Notes under the pieces: generated by a model
Databases searched by the model: none
What the model was told of the DNA's origin: nothing
What the model saw: only the letters and a program-made list of their open reading frames with translations
Assembly (NCBI RefSeq): GCF_963921235.1
Contig: NC_086101.1
Coordinates: forward strand, 7,628,001 to 7,692,000
Origin: Mobula hypostoma
Lineage: Eukaryota
DNA length: 64,000 nt
Reading direction: 5' to 3'
Program-made: the position numbers and the translations under genes
Shown: positions 24,129-37,480 of the stretch, in pieces
Layout of the letters: every line of letters starts with the position of its first letter
Position numbering within the stretch: position 1 is the first letter of the stretch

Positions 24129-27100
24129 GTGAGAATGGTTCCAGTGTTCTGTGCTTTGTGTGGGACGTCAGAAGTCTGGGACACCTCCAGTATCCGAGGT
24201 AACCACACCTGTACCAGGTGCACTGACCTGCTGCTTCCGAGAGAACAGATTAAGGAACTGGAGCTGCAGCTCGAAGACCTTCGACTCATAGGGGAGAATG
24301 AGAAGATGATAGACAGGAGCTGCAGGGAGGTAGTTACTGGGTGGCTGTCCGGAGAAAGAGGGGAAATGCACAGCCAGTGCGGAGTACAGTTGTAGCCGTT
24401 TCCCCTCAATAATATGTATACAACTTTAGATTATATTGAGGGGGACGAACTACCAGAGGGGAGCCACAGTGACCGGTTCTCTGGCACTGGGCCTACCGAT
24501 GTGGCTCAGAAGAGAAGAGAGGTGAAGATGACTACAGTGTTCATAGGTTCTGTAGTCTGAGGAACAGAGACAAGATTCGGTGGGCGTGATAGAGAGACCC
24601 TGTTGTCTCCCTGGCGCCAGAATCAGGGATGTCTCGCATCGGGTCCATGGCATTCCCAAGGCACACTGGCACCAGTGATATAGGTGGACAAAGTGAGGAG
24701 GTCTGGAAGAGAGGTTTTACACAGCCAGGTGAAAAGCTGAGAAACAAGACCCCCAGGGAAGGAAAAAAGTCTCTGGATTGCTGCCGGTGCCATATGCCAG
24801 TGAGGGTAAGAATAGGATGATCTGGCAGGTGAATGCGTGGCTGAGCAACTGGTGCAGGGGGCAGGAGTTCAGATTTATGGATTATTGGGGAAGGTATAAC
24901 CTGTATCAAAGGAGAGGTTACACCTGAACCCAAGGGGGTACAATATCCTTGCAGGCAGGCTGGCTGGCTGTCTAGAGATGTTCAGGTGGTTTAAACTAAT
25001 TTGGCAGGGGGATGGGAACCAGAGTGATAGTGCTAAAGATGAGGTAGTTGGTTGACAAACAGACACAATCTGTACTGAGACTTCTAGTACGGAGAGGCTG
25101 ATGATCGGTCAACAGGATGAGTTGCAACGTAAAAATGTGGACAAAATTGAAAAGGGTGAATAGAGGACTGGAGGTGTTATATTTGAATTGCACAGTACAT
25201 GGGATAAGGTCGTTTAACTTACAGCATAGTTACAGATTGGTAAGCAGGACGTTGTAGGCATCACTGAATCATGGCTAAAAGATTATAGCTTGGAGCTTAA
25301 TGTCCAAGAATACACATATATCGAAAGGAAGGCAGAGGGGGTGGCATGGCTTTGTAGGTAAAAAATGAAATTAAATCATTAGAAAGAGGTGAAACAGGAT
25401 CAGAAGGTGTTGAATCATCATACAGGTAAGGAACTGCAAGGATAAAAAGACCATGGTGGGTGTTATATACAGACAATAACAAGGATGTTGTCTACAAGTT
25501 ACAATGGGAGCTAGAAAATGCATGCCAAAAGGGCAATGTTACAATAGTCATGGGGGATTTCAATATGCAGGTAGATTGGGAAAATCAGGTTGGAGCAGGA
25601 TTCCAAGGGGGGGATTTATAGAATGTCTACAAGGTGGCATTTTAGAGCAGCTCATGGTTGATCCCACTAGAGGATCAGCTTTTCTGGACTGGCAGTTGAC
25701 TAGAGAGCTTAAGAGAAAAGAGCTCTTAGGGGCAAGTGATCGAATTCACCCTGAAATTTGAGAAAGAGAAGCTAAAGTCAGATGTATTAGTATTACAGTG
25801 AAATTACAGGAGGCATGAGAGGAGTTGGCCAGAATTGATTGGAAAAGAAAATTGGCGGGAATGATGGCAGAGCAGCAATGGCTGGAATTTCTGAAAGCAA
25901 CTCAGAAGGCACAGGTTATATACATCCCAAGGAGGAAGAAGTAATCTAAAAGCGAGATGATACAACCATGGTAACAAGGGAAGTCAAAGCCAACATAAAA
26001 GCCAAAGAGAGGGCAAATAACAGAGCAAAAATTAGTGGGAAGTTAAGAGGATAAGTAAGCTTTTAAATACCAACAGAAGGCAACTAAAAGTCATTAAGAA
26101 GGTAAAGATGGAACATAACAGTAAGCTAGCCAATAATGTTGAAGAGGATACCAAAAGTTTCTTCAGATATATAAAGTGTAAAAGAGAGGTAAGAGTTGAT
26201 ATCGGACTGCAGGGAAACAAAGTTGGAGAGGTAGTGAATTTAAAAACGCAAACGCGAGGAATTCTGTAGATGCTGGAAATTCAAGCCACACACATCCAAG
26301 TTGCTGGTGAACGCAGCAGTCAGGCAGCATCTCTAGGAAGAGGTCCTGACGAAGGGTCTCGGCCCAAAACGTCGACTGTACCTCTTCCTAGAGATGCTGC
26401 CTGGCCTGCTGCGTTCACCAGCAACTTTGACGTGTGTTGCTTGGAGAGGTAGTAAAGGGGAGGACAAGGAAGTAGCAGATGAACTGAATAAATATTTTGC
26501 ATCAGTCTTCACTGTGGAAGACTCTAGCAGCATGGTGAATGTTCCAGCTGTCAGGATCATGATATGTGTGAAACTGAAAGATCTGAAGTTAGATAAGTCA
26601 CCTGGACCAGATGGTGTACACCACAGGGTTCTGAAAGAGGTGTCTGAAGAGATTGTGGAGGCATTATTAATGACCTTTCAGGAATCACTAGATTCTGGAA
26701 TGGTTCAAAAGGTTAGAAAATTGCAAATGCCACTCCACCCTTCAAGAAGGGAGCGAAGCAGAAGAAAGGAAGTTGTAGGCCAGTTAGTCTGACCTCAGTG
26801 GTTGGGAAGATGTTGCAGTCAATTATTAAGGACGTGGTTTTGGGGTACTTGGAAGTCAAAATCAACATGGTTTTCTCAAGGGAAAATTGTGCCTGATAAA
26901 TCTGTTGGAATTCTTTGGAGAAATAGCAAGCAGGATACACAAAGGAGATTTTCCGAAGGCCTTTAACAAGGTGCCACACAAGGTTGTTTATCTGAGGTAC
27001 TACAGGGAAGATTCCAGCATGGATAGAGCAGTGTCTGACTGGCAGGATGCAAAGAGTGGGAATCAGGGGAACCTTTTCTTGCTGGCTACCAGTGACTAGC

Positions 27101-27850
27101 GGTGTTTCACAGAAGTCAGTGTTGGGACCCATTCATTTTACGTTCTATGTCAATGATTTTGATGATAGAATTGATTGCTTTGTTGCCAAGTTTACGGACA
27201 ATCTGAGGATAGGTGGACACGCAGGCAGTTTTGAGGAAATGGGGAGGCTACAGAAGGAGTTAGACAGATTAGGAAAATGGGCAAAGAAGTGGCAGATGGA
27301 ATACAGTGTCAGGAAGTGTACGGTCATGCACTTTGGTAGAAGAAATGAAAGGGCTGACTATTTTCTAAATGAGGAGAAAATTACAAAAATCTGAGGTACA
27401 AAGGGATTTGGGAGTCCTTGTGCAGGATTCCCTAAAGGTTAACTTGCAAGATGAGCCTATGGTGAGGAAGGCAAAGAACAAGCGGTGGCCTAACTGAAAC
27501 CTATTGAATGGTAAAGGACCTTCATGGAGAGGATGTTTCCTATGGTGGGAGAGTGTAAGAAGAGATGGTACAGCCTCAAAATAGAGGGGCATCCTTTTAG
27601 AACGGAGGTGAGGAGGAAATTCTTTAGACACAGAATGGTGAATCTGTGGAATTCTTTGCCGCAGGCAGCTGTGGAGACTGTCTTTATATTTAAGGCAGAG
27701 GTCGATAGATTTTTGATTGGTCAGGGGACAAAGCGGGGCGGGGGGGGTAGAGGCAGGAAATTGGAGCAGAGAGGAAAATAGAACAGTCATGATAAAATGG
27801 TGGAGCAGACTTGATGGGCCAAATGGCCTAATTCTGCTTCTATATCATAT
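24129..27850 (+). mobile_element. Long decayed CR1 LINE (ORF1 zinc finger/coiled coil/esterase remnant, ORF2 endonuclease and RT, 3' UTR)
   Basis: CALC...HTCTRC...LELQLEDLRLI; GITESWL-like and MGDFN-like endonuclease motifs; KSPGPDG, SGVSQKSVLGP, AKFTDN, RMVNLWNSLP; many stops and deletions. Confidence 0.88.
26236..26440 (+). mobile_element. Hairpin mini-PLE with a mutated hammerhead in the loop
   Basis: ~60-bp inverted arms around gtcctgacgaagggtctcggcccaaaacgtcgac (GAAA changed to AAAA); 13-bp TSD ttggagaggtagt (26223-26235, 26441-26453). Confidence 0.85.
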
Positions 27851-28397
27851 GCTCTTATATGCCAGTGATATGAAACCTGATTCTGAATTCTCCAACAAAT
27901 CCTCTCTCTTGAAAGAAAGATCTGATGAATCCAATTCACAGGACCAGTTTTCCCACAATGCACAGCTTGTCAGTCCGTTCTCTTTAGTAGAGAATAAATA
28001 TTCAGCAGTGGGTCAAACCAGCTTGTGCCCCATCCCATCAGCTTCAGGTACTTTTCGGTTAACATTGGGCCAGAAATGTTTTTATTTTATTTAGAGATAT
28101 AGCAGGTTAACAGGCCCTTCTGGCCCAATGAGCCCACGCTTCCTAATTGCTTTCATGTGACCAATTAACCTACTAACCACTTTTCAAGACCCCTGTGGAA
28201 CACCACTAGTCACCATCAGCCAGCCAGGAAAGGCTCCCTTTATTCCCACTCTTTGCCTCCTGCCAGTCAGACACTGCTTTATCCATGCTGGAATCTTCCC
28301 TGTAATACCACCGGCTCGTAGCGTGTTAAGCAGCCTCATGTGTGGCACCTTGTCAAATGTCTTCTGAAGTTCTAAGAACACAACATCAATCGATTAT

Positions 28398-28790
28398 CTG
28401 ATTGAAACGTATAAGATCCTAAAGGGATTGGACAGGCTAGATGCAGGAAGATTGTTCCCGATGTTGGGGAGGTCTAGAACGAGGGGTCACAGTTTGAGGA
28501 TAGAGGGGAAGCCTTTTAGGACCGAGGTTAGGAAAAACTTCTTCACACAGAGAGTGGTGAATCTGTGGAATTCTCTGCCACAGCAAACTGTTGAGGCCAG
28601 TTCATTAGCTATGTTTAAAAGGAAGTTAGATATGGCCCTTGTGGCTACAGGGGTCAGGGGGTATGGAGGGAAGGCTGGGTTCTGAGTTGGATGATCAGCC
28701 ATGATCATAATAAATGGCGGTGCAGGCTCGAAGGGCCGAATGGCCTACTCCTGCACCTATTTTCTATGTTTCTATGTCTATGTTTCTATG
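28398..28790 (+). mobile_element. Young 5'-truncated CR1 nested in an older antisense CR1 (about 28185-28975)
   Basis: Essentially the reverse complement of 13121-13505; identical peptide DRLDAGRLFPMLGRSRTRGHSL...GYGGKAGF. Confidence 0.9.
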
Positions 28791-28975
28791 ATTCTCCTTT
28801 GTCTATCCTGCTTGTTATATCTTCAAAGAATTCCTACAGATTTGTCAGGCAAGATTTTCCCTTGAGGAAACCATGCTGACTACGGCCTATTTTATCACGT
28901 GCCTCCAAGTTCCCTGCGGCCTCATCCTTAATAATTGACTCCAACATCTTCTCAACCACTGAGGTCAGACTAACT

Positions 28976-30275
28976 GAGCTATACTAGAGGTATAGAATAT
29001 AAGAGCAGGGATGTGATGTTGAGGCTCCATAAAGCACTTATGAGACCACACTTGGAGTACTGTGTGCAGTTTTGGGTTCCTTATTTTAGAAAGGATGTAC
29101 TGACATTGGAAAGAGTTCAGAGAAGATTCATGAGAATGTTTCCAGGAATGAAAGGGTTCCCGTATGAACGGGAAGCTCCTGGGCTGTATTCCCTGGAGTT
29201 CAGGAGAATGAGGGGGCATCTCATAGAAACATTCCGAATATTAAAAGGCCTGAACAGATTAGATATGGCAAAGTTAATTCCCATGGTAGGGGATTCTAGG
29301 ACAAGAGGGCATGACTTCAGGACTGAAGGACGTCCATTTAGAACTGATATGCGGAGAAATTACTTTAGTGAGATGGTGGTAAATCTTGGAAATTGCTGCC
29401 ATGAGCAGCTGTGGAAGCCAAGTCACTGGGTGCATTTAAGGCAGCGATCGATAGGTTCTTGATTAGCCAGGGCATCAAAGGGTATGCGGTGAGGGTAGGG
29501 GAGTGGGAATAACTGGAAGAATTGGATCAGCCCATGATTGAATGGCGGAGCAGACTCGATGGGCTGAATGGCCTACTTCTGCTCCTATACCTTATGGTCT
29601 TATGGTCTATCGTTTCCTTTCTTTTGTCTTTCTCCCTTCTTAAAAAGTGGAGTGCAACGTTGGCATTCATTGCAAGCAGACTAGAATATAAAAGCAAGGA
29701 TGTAATGTTGAGAATTTATTTATCACTGGTGGGGCCTCACTTGGAGTATTGTGAGCAGTTTTGGGCCCCGTATCTCAGAAAGGATGTGCTGAAACTGGAG
29801 AGGGTTCAAAGGAGGTTCAAGAAAATGATTCCAGGATTAAACGGCCAGTCAGATAAAGAGCATTAGATGGCTCTGGGCCTGTATTTACTGGAATTTAGAA
29901 GAACGATAGGTGACCTAATTGAAATCTATCAAATGGTGAAAGACCATGATAGAGTGGATGTGGAGAGGATGTTTCCTGTGGTGGGAGAGTCTAAGAAGAG
30001 ATGACAGAGCCTCAGAATACAGGCATCATTTTAGAATGGAGATGAGGAGGAATTTCTTCAGCCAGAGGCTGGTGAATCTTGCCACAGGAAGCTGTGGAGG
30101 CCAAGTCTTTATGTATATTGAAGGTGGAGGTTCATGACTGGTCAGGGCATGAAAGGATACGGGGAGGCAGCAGGGGATTGGGGCTGAGGGGAAAATTGGA
30201 TCAGCCATGATGAAATGGCGGAGCAGACTCAATGGGCCAAATGGCCTTATTCTGCTCCTATATCTAATGGTCTAA
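28976..30275 (+). mobile_element. Two tandem CR1 3' fragments
   Basis: [17 protein letters not shown] / GPHLEYCEQFWAPYLRKDV, each followed by a CR1 3' UTR (ends near 29608 and 30275). Confidence 0.85.
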
Positions 30276-30919
30276 CCCATATGATTTTAGAATGTGGGAA
30301 GAAACTGGAGCATCCAAAGGAACATCATGCAGTCACAGGGAGAACGTATGAATTCCTTAGAGACAGCTGCGGGAATTGAACCTGCATTACCGGCACTGTA
30401 ATAGAACTAAGGCCTCACTACCGTGCCGTGTTCACAAACAATCTGGTTCTCTTCACTTCATTGTTTCCTCTTTCTTCATGAGACTTTTGATACTTTTTTG
30501 CTGATTATCAGCTCAAAGGGTTAGAGATTTTTTTTAAAAAAAAAGATTACCTTTATGTCTCACACATACATTGAAACACACAGTGAAATGAGTAATTTGC
30601 TTCAATGATCAACACAGGCTTCTGACGTCAATATAGCGTGCCAAAACCTCACTAGACCTAACCCGTGCACCTTTGGAATGCGGAAAGACACCCACACGGT
30701 CACGGGGAGAACCTGATCTGGATGGACCATTCCCCGTAATAGCAACTTTGTGGAGAACATAAACTGGCTGATTTTCATCCACCATCCTTCCCCAGGGCTG
30801 CAGGGCCCAATTTCATGCCCTTAAGTTCACCAGTTGCCTGGCACGGACTTAGCACACGCTGACTTCGTCAACACGGCAGTTACCTCCACAATTCTCCCTC
30901 GATGGATGTGAGAACTCAC

Positions 30920-30997
30920 CTGGGGTCTCGGACACAGAACACAGCTCTGGGTCGTTGGTGCTGCTACTGCGACTGAGGTGGCCTAGTCCGTTTGGTT
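30920..30997 (-). CDS. TMEM268: Inferred TMEM268 N-terminal coding exon (78 nt, phase 1 to 1)
   Basis: Strong sites atttctctcctcccag| and CCAG|gtgagt in non-repetitive sequence; open frame (E)PNGLGHLSRSSSTNDPELCSVSETP joins in phase to the next exon. No recognisable homology (low-complexity N-terminus). Confidence 0.6.
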
Positions 30998-31129
30998 CTG
31001 GGAGGAGAGAAATCAGGGATACAGAATATAGGACAGGATCAGGATCAGGTACATTATCAATGATTTATGCTGTGAAATCTGAAACGCGAGAAAATCAGCA
31101 GGAGCTGCAAACCCAAAGCATCAACCTGC

Positions 31130-33100
31130 ACCAGGACCACGGATCTCCATACTCCTATCCAAACTTCTCTTTAAGCTTTGAAATCGAGCTCGCATGCACT
31201 GCTTGTACTGGCAGCTTATTCCATGCTCTCACGACCCTCTGAGTGAAGAGGTTTCCCCACATGCTCCCCTTAAACTTTTGTCCTATTATCCTTAACCCAT
31301 GACTTCTGGTTGTGGTCCTCCCAAACCTTAGTTGAAAAAAGCCTGCCGGCATTAATTTTATATACCTACATCAAAATCTTCCACGTTTAAGGAAGAAAGT
31401 CCTAACCTATTCAATCTTTCCTTCTAACTCAGGTCTTCCAGACCCGGCAACACACTTGTAAATTTTCTCAGTACTCTTTCAACCTTATTTACACCTTCCC
31501 TGTTGGTAGGTGACCAAAACTGTACACAATCCTCCAAATTAGGCCTCACCAACATCTTATACAACTTCAACATACCATCCCATCTCCTGTACTCAATACA
31601 TTGATATATGAAAGCCAATTGTCAAAGGCTTTCTTTACGACCTTATATAGCTGTGACAGCACTTGCAATGAATTACGGACCTGTATTTCCAGATTCCTTT
31701 GTTCTACTGCACTCCTCAATACCCCACCGTTCACTATGTAGGACCTACTCTGGTTGGTTCTACTGAAGGTGAACATCTCACACTTGTCTGTGTTAAATTC
31801 CATCTGCCATTTTCAGCCCATTTTTCCAGATCCCTCTGCAAGCCATGGTAGCCTTCCACAATACCTCCAGTCTTGGTGTCATCCACAAATCTGCTGATCC
31901 GGTTAGTCAATTATTATCCAGATCAATGATACAGGTGACAAACAACAAAGGGCCCAGCATCGATCCCTGCGGCACACCACTAGTCACGGGCTCCAGTCAG
32001 AGAGGCAACCATCTACTACCACTCTCTGGCTTCAATTTTTGTCAAATTTACTATCTCATCTTGAATGCTGAGTAACTGAACCTTTTTGACCAACCTTCCA
32101 TCCAGGACCTTGACGAATGCCTTGCTGAAATCCCTGTAGACAACATCCACTGCCTTGCCTTCATGCACTTTGCTGGTAACATCCTTGGAAAACTCTATAA
32201 GTTTGGTTAGACATGCCCTAACATGCACGAAGCCATGCTGACAATCCCTAGTAAGTCCATCTCTATCCAAATACTTATATATCTCGTCCCTCAGAATACC
32301 TTCCAATAACTTTCCCATTACTGATGTCAGACTCACTCATCTATACTTTTCTGGTTCTATTTACAGCCTTTCTTAAGCAGCAGAACAACATAGGCTATCC
32401 TCCAATCCTCCGGTACCTCTCCTGTTGCTAGAGATGATTAAAATATCTCTGCTAGGGCGCCAGCAATTTCTGCACTTGCCTCCCACAGGGTCCAAGAGAG
32501 CACCTTGTCAGGTCCTGGGAAATTATCCACACTGACTTGCCTAAAGACAGCAATCCTCCTCTGTAATGTGTACACAGTCCGTGAAGTTGATGCTGCTTTG
32601 CCTCAATTCTATAGTCTCTGTGCCCACTTCCTGAGTAAATACAGATCCAAAAAATTCATTTAAGATCTCTGCAGTCTCTTTTGGGTCTACACATGGATTA
32701 CCAATCTGATCTTCCAGAGGACCAATCTCAATCCTTTTGCTCATAACATATCAAAACATTCTCCTTCGCCTTGTCTGCTAGGGCAACCTCATGCCTTCTT
32801 TTAGCCCTCATGATCTCTTTTTTAAGTGTTCTCTTGCATTTCTTATACTCTATAAGCACCTCAATTGCACCTGCCTGCCTGTACCTTCTATGCACCTCCT
32901 TTTATTACTTAACCAGGGGCTCAATATCTCTTAAAAACCAAGGTTCTCTATACCTGTCATCATTACCTTTTATTCTGACAGGCACATACAAACTTTGTAC
33001 TCCCAAAATTTCACTTTTGAAGGCCTCCCACTTACCAAGTACACCTTTGACAGAAAACAGCCTGTCCCATTCCACATTTGCCAGACCATTTCCGATGATC
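31130..33100 (-). mobile_element. Decayed CR1 ORF2
   Basis: SLTSVMGKLLEGILRD, QHGF, VDVVYRDFSKAF, MEFNTDKCE, LVRPNLEDCVQFWSP, FTQRVVRAWNKLP. Confidence 0.88.
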
Positions 33101-33172
33101 AGTTAACTCAGTTAAACAGTTAACTGATTAATCCATCGGCATTTGTAGTGTATGTACATCTACGAGAATACG

Positions 33173-33955
33173 CAGTGGATTTCAGTTAATTGGGACACAT
33201 TGGGACCAGTACATTTTGGCCCAATTAAGTGGCTGCCCCAATTAGCTGTAATTTCATGGAAACAGTTCAAAAGGTGAAACAAAGACAAACTGAGTGACAA
33301 ATTATGTATTTAAATGAAACACAGAACAGATTAGAACACTACAGTACTATCAAACTCTGTATTAGTTCCAAATAGTTATCAACAGTGGAATCAACCCAGT
33401 GTACGCAATAAGTAAAATCAGCGCAGAGACCTCGTGTAGGAAACGGACTGCCTTCAGACAATGCTATGGGTGATTGATACTATACAATGCTATTGATGAC
33501 TGCATCCTCCAAGTTTTCTCTTTCAAGATGACGAGACCTTGAAATTCTTCACAGTTCCCAACTTGTTGAAGTAGTGAAATCTTTTCATTTTCGTTCCCAG
33601 CTGCGTCTGGCACATCGAAGACCGAGTGCTTGAAACCGCAGTGAGCGAAACTGTTTGGAATAGTCTTACTGCATATTTCTCACCAAAAATCATTGACAAT
33701 AACCACTGTTCTTTGAACACAAACACACACAACTGACGCTATTTAAAAACTGTCCTCTCTAAGCACAGTGTAGGGTCGAACTGCCACATACGTGCCTGTT
33801 TGGCAAGTCCCCTACCCCACACAAAGTGGCATAGACTCCCAAAGAAACAAAGAGAATCCTGCAAATGTTATCAATCAGTTTTGCATTCTTTAAGAGTTCT
33901 CCCAAGAAAGTGGCAGCCACAGTTAACTAATGGGCTAATTAACTAGAATCTACTG
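33173..33955. mobile_element. Non-autonomous pogo/Tigger-like DNA element
   Basis: TIRs cagtggatttcagttaatt / aattaactagaatctactg followed by TA; related fragments at ~20270-20890. Confidence 0.65.
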
Positions 33956-33965
33956 TACATAAATA

Positions 33966-34210
33966 GGAGACGGCAAGGTAGCGTAGTAGTTAGCAAAATG
34001 CTTTACAGTACCAAGGACCCGGTTCAATGCCCAGTGCTGCACGTTCACCCCATGGGTTTCCTCCGGATGCCCCGGTTTCCTCTCACAGTCCAAAGATGTA
34101 CGGTCAATCTAAATTGTCCGGTGACTGGGCTGAGATTAAAATGGGGGGGGGTTGTTATTGGGTTACTGGGGGGGTGTTATTGGGTAGTGCAACTCAAAGG
34201 CCCGTGCTGT
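33966..34210 (+). mobile_element. V-SINE (HE1-like)
   Basis: tRNA-like head (ggtagcgtagtagttagc...ggttcaatgcc) and V-domain-like tgggtttcctccggatgccccggtttcctctcacagtccaaag; related copies near 17500 and 37700. Confidence 0.7.
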
Positions 34211-34324
34211 ACGTTGGTCAATATATACAGTGTATATTGTAGGTAACTGGGGGAGAGTGACGAGAGTGGGTAAGCGGGTATGTGTACGTGGAGAGGGGAA
34301 GGGTGGGGGTTGTGGAGATGGGGT

Positions 34325-34370
<46 letters not shown>

Positions 34371-35317
34371 TGTGAGGGGATCCAGGAGTGCCCAGATTAA
34401 CTGTTTGAACAAGGACAGAGAGGGAGATTTATCATTGATAGTTTGTTTGGAAAGGAGAGACAGACAGAGTTATTTACCACCGATATGTTGCTTTTGAAAA
34501 GAGAGAGAAAGAGACGAAGATTAACAGTTGGACTGTCACTTTAAGGCACTGGAAGTAACTTTGGATTTCTACTGAGTTTGGAGGTGGAGACAGCACCGAG
34601 CAGCTCGAAGATTACTATGGTGACCAAAGGCAGGTTGTTGATGTTACTTCCAAGGACTTGTTGCCAACTTGCACTCCTTTACAGACAAAGGAGGGAGGGA
34701 CTCTTTGAATGACAGGTGATGCTCAGCACAGAGAAATAAATGGGAGGTCAGATGATACAGACCTCAGGCACATGATCTGGACACTGAATGAACATCGTTG
34801 TGCCCACAGAGAAAGTGGGTTTTGGAGGATCAATCAGGCAAATCAATCCAAATTGCTATTCCAGCGGTGAAGAAGGGGTTGACTGGTGGGGAGTTGTCTA
34901 TGTGTCCACCCTCACCTGGGTGATAGCTCCACCACAGGAAAACTGGTCCCCCTGGTTAAAGTCGCAGTCGGTGACTTGTAAAGGATTTCGGAGGACGACG
35001 AGAAGATCGACGGAATCAGCTCACCTGAAGACTCAACTCACTCTCTCTCTCTCTCTCTCCATTACTACTCAACTAAATACCACGAACTGAACTGAACTGA
35101 ACTGAACTTTACTCAACATCGTAAGACTGTATCTTTTTACCCCTGGACTTAAAAAAGCTTGTTTTTTTCATACATCTACATTCCACACTTACATTTATAT
35201 ATACTCATTGCTAATCTGTGTGATTTATTTATTTTGATATTACTGTACTGCGTAGTTACTAATAAATATTAGTAGTTTATAGCAATACAAGACTCCAAAG
35301 TGTTTTCTATTTCTGAT

Positions 35318-35984
35318 TGGCCTTTTATATATTGGTGAGACCCGACGCAGACTGGGAGACCACTTTGCTGAACATCTATGCTCTGTCCGCCAGAGAAAGC
35401 AGGATCTCCCAGTGGCCACATACGTATTTTAATTCCACATCCCATTCCCATTCTGACATGTCTATCCACGGCCTCCTCTACTGTAAAGATGAAGCCACAC
35501 TCAGGTTGGAGGAACAACACCTTATATTCCATCTGGATAGCCTCCAACCTGATGGCATGAACATCGACTTCTCTAACTTCCGCTAAGGCCCCACCTCCCC
35601 CTCATACCCCATCTGTTACTCATTTTTATGCACACATTCTTTCTCTCACTCTCCTTTTTCTCCCTCTGTCCCTCTGAATATACCTCTTGCCCATCCTCTG
35701 GGTCACCCCCCCCCCGGCTTGTCTTTCTTCCCGGACCTCCTGTCCCATGATCCTCTCGTATCCCCTTTTGCCTATCACCTGTCCAGCTCTTGGCTCTATC
35801 CCTCCCCCTCCTGTCTTCTCCTATCATTTTGCATCTCCCCCTCCCCCTCCAACTTTCAAATCCCTTACTCACTCTTCCTTCAGTTAGTCCTGACGAAGAG
35901 TCTTGGCCTGAAACGTCGACTGCACCTCTTCCTATAGATGCTGCTTGGCCTGCTGCGTTCACCAGCAACTTTGATGTATGTTGC
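35318..35984 (+). mobile_element. Penelope-like 3' end (GIY-YIG C-terminus, pLTR, hammerhead)
   Basis: Near-identical to 14969-15620; 13-bp TSD ttctatttctgat (35305-35317, 35985-35997). Confidence 0.92.
35886..35921 (+). ncRNA. Minimal hammerhead ribozyme motif (weakened stem II)
   Basis: AGTC-CTGACGA-AGAGTCTTGGCCT-GAAA-CGTC-GACT. Confidence 0.55.
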
Positions 35985-36204
35985 TTCTATTTCTGATGGT
36001 TCTTTACCCCGTCACAGGGTACATGACAGTGGAGTGGCGGAGTTGGTGGGTGGGTGGGGTGCGAAATCTGATTGTTGGGGGGATGAAGCCGTTCCCACAG
36101 CTTTGAATACAGCACAGTAGTGGCCCATGATGTTCTGCTAGATCTATGAAAACTCAAGGATCCTCCCCCACAGGACCAATTGTGTTTGTGTGCGTGGATG
36201 AACG

Positions 36205-37480
36205 CAAACACTGTCTTACTTCGATTGCTTTGAGAGGCTGGTCAAGGATTACATCTGCAGCTTGCTACCACCCACACTGGACCCCCTACAATTCGCCTAC
36301 CGACACAACCGATCGACAGACAACGCAATAGCCACAGCTCTACACACCGTCCTTACACGTCTGGAGAAGAGGGATGCTTATGTGAGAATGCTGTTCTTCG
36401 ACTACAGTTCAGCATTCAACACCATGTTTCCGTCCAGGCTCGACAAGAAGCTCAGAGACCTCGGCCTTCACCCTGCCTTGTGCAGCTGGATCCTGGACTT
36501 CTTGTCAGATCACCAGCAGGTGGTAAGAGTGGGCTCCCTCACCTCTGCCTCTCAACACAGGAGTCCCTCAGGGCTGTGTTCTAAGCCCCCTCCTTTACTC
36601 TTTTTATACCCATGACTGTGTCACCAACCACAGCTCCAATCTGCTAATTAAATTTGCCGACGACACTACACTGATTGGCCTAACCTCAAATAATAATGAG
36701 GCAGCCTACACAGTAGAAGTCATCACCCTGACACAGTGGTGTCAAGAAAACAACCTCTTCCTCAATGTCGCAAAAACAAAGGAGCTGGTTGTGGATTACA
36801 GGAGGAATGGAGACAGGCTAACCCCTACTGACATCAATAGATTTGGGGTTGAGAGGGTGAACAGCTTTAAGTTCCTCAGAATACACATCACTGAGGATCT
36901 CACGTGGTCTGTATGTACCAGCTGTGTGTGAAAAAGGCACAACAATGCCTCCTTCACCTCAGGCAGTTGAAGAAGTTTGGTATGGGCCCCCAAATCCTAA
37001 GAACTTTCTACAGGGGCACAATTGAGAGCATCCTGACTGGCTGCATCACTGCCTGGTATGGGAACTGTACTTCCCTCAATCGCAGGACTCTGCAGAGAGT
37101 GGTGCGGACAGCCCAGCGCATCTGTAGATGTGAACTTCCCACTATTCAGGATATTTACAAAGGTAGGCGTGTAAAAAGGGCCCGAAGGATCATTGGGGAC
37201 CCGAGTCACCCCAACAACAAACTGTTCCAGCTGCTACCATCCGAGAAATGGTACCACAGCATAAAAGCCAGGACCAACAGGCTCCGGGACAGCTTCTTCC
37301 ACCAGACCATCAGACTGGTTAATTCATGCTGACGCATCTGTATTTCTGTTATATTGACTGTTGTACATAGTATTTACTATAAATTACTATAACTTGCACG
37401 TGCACATTTAGATGGAGATGTAGCGTAAAGATTTTTACTCCTTGTGTATGTGAAGGATGTAAGTAATAAAGTCAATTCAA
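36205..37480 (+). mobile_element. Rex1/Babar LINE, 5'-truncated RT and 3' UTR
   Basis: LDPLQFAYRHNRSTDNAI, VRMLFFDYSSAFNT, GVPQGCVLSP, IKFADDTT, FYRGTIESILTGCITAWYGN; ends aataaagtcaattcaa. Confidence 0.9.

Larger units (their letters stand above)
34238..36028 (+). mobile_element. Putative LTR of an LTR retroelement, interrupted by a PLE copy
   Basis: TG...CA-bounded block with internal (ct)n, (actga)n and AATAAA near 35261, ending cagggtacatgaca; no TSD or PBS confirmed. Confidence 0.4.
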
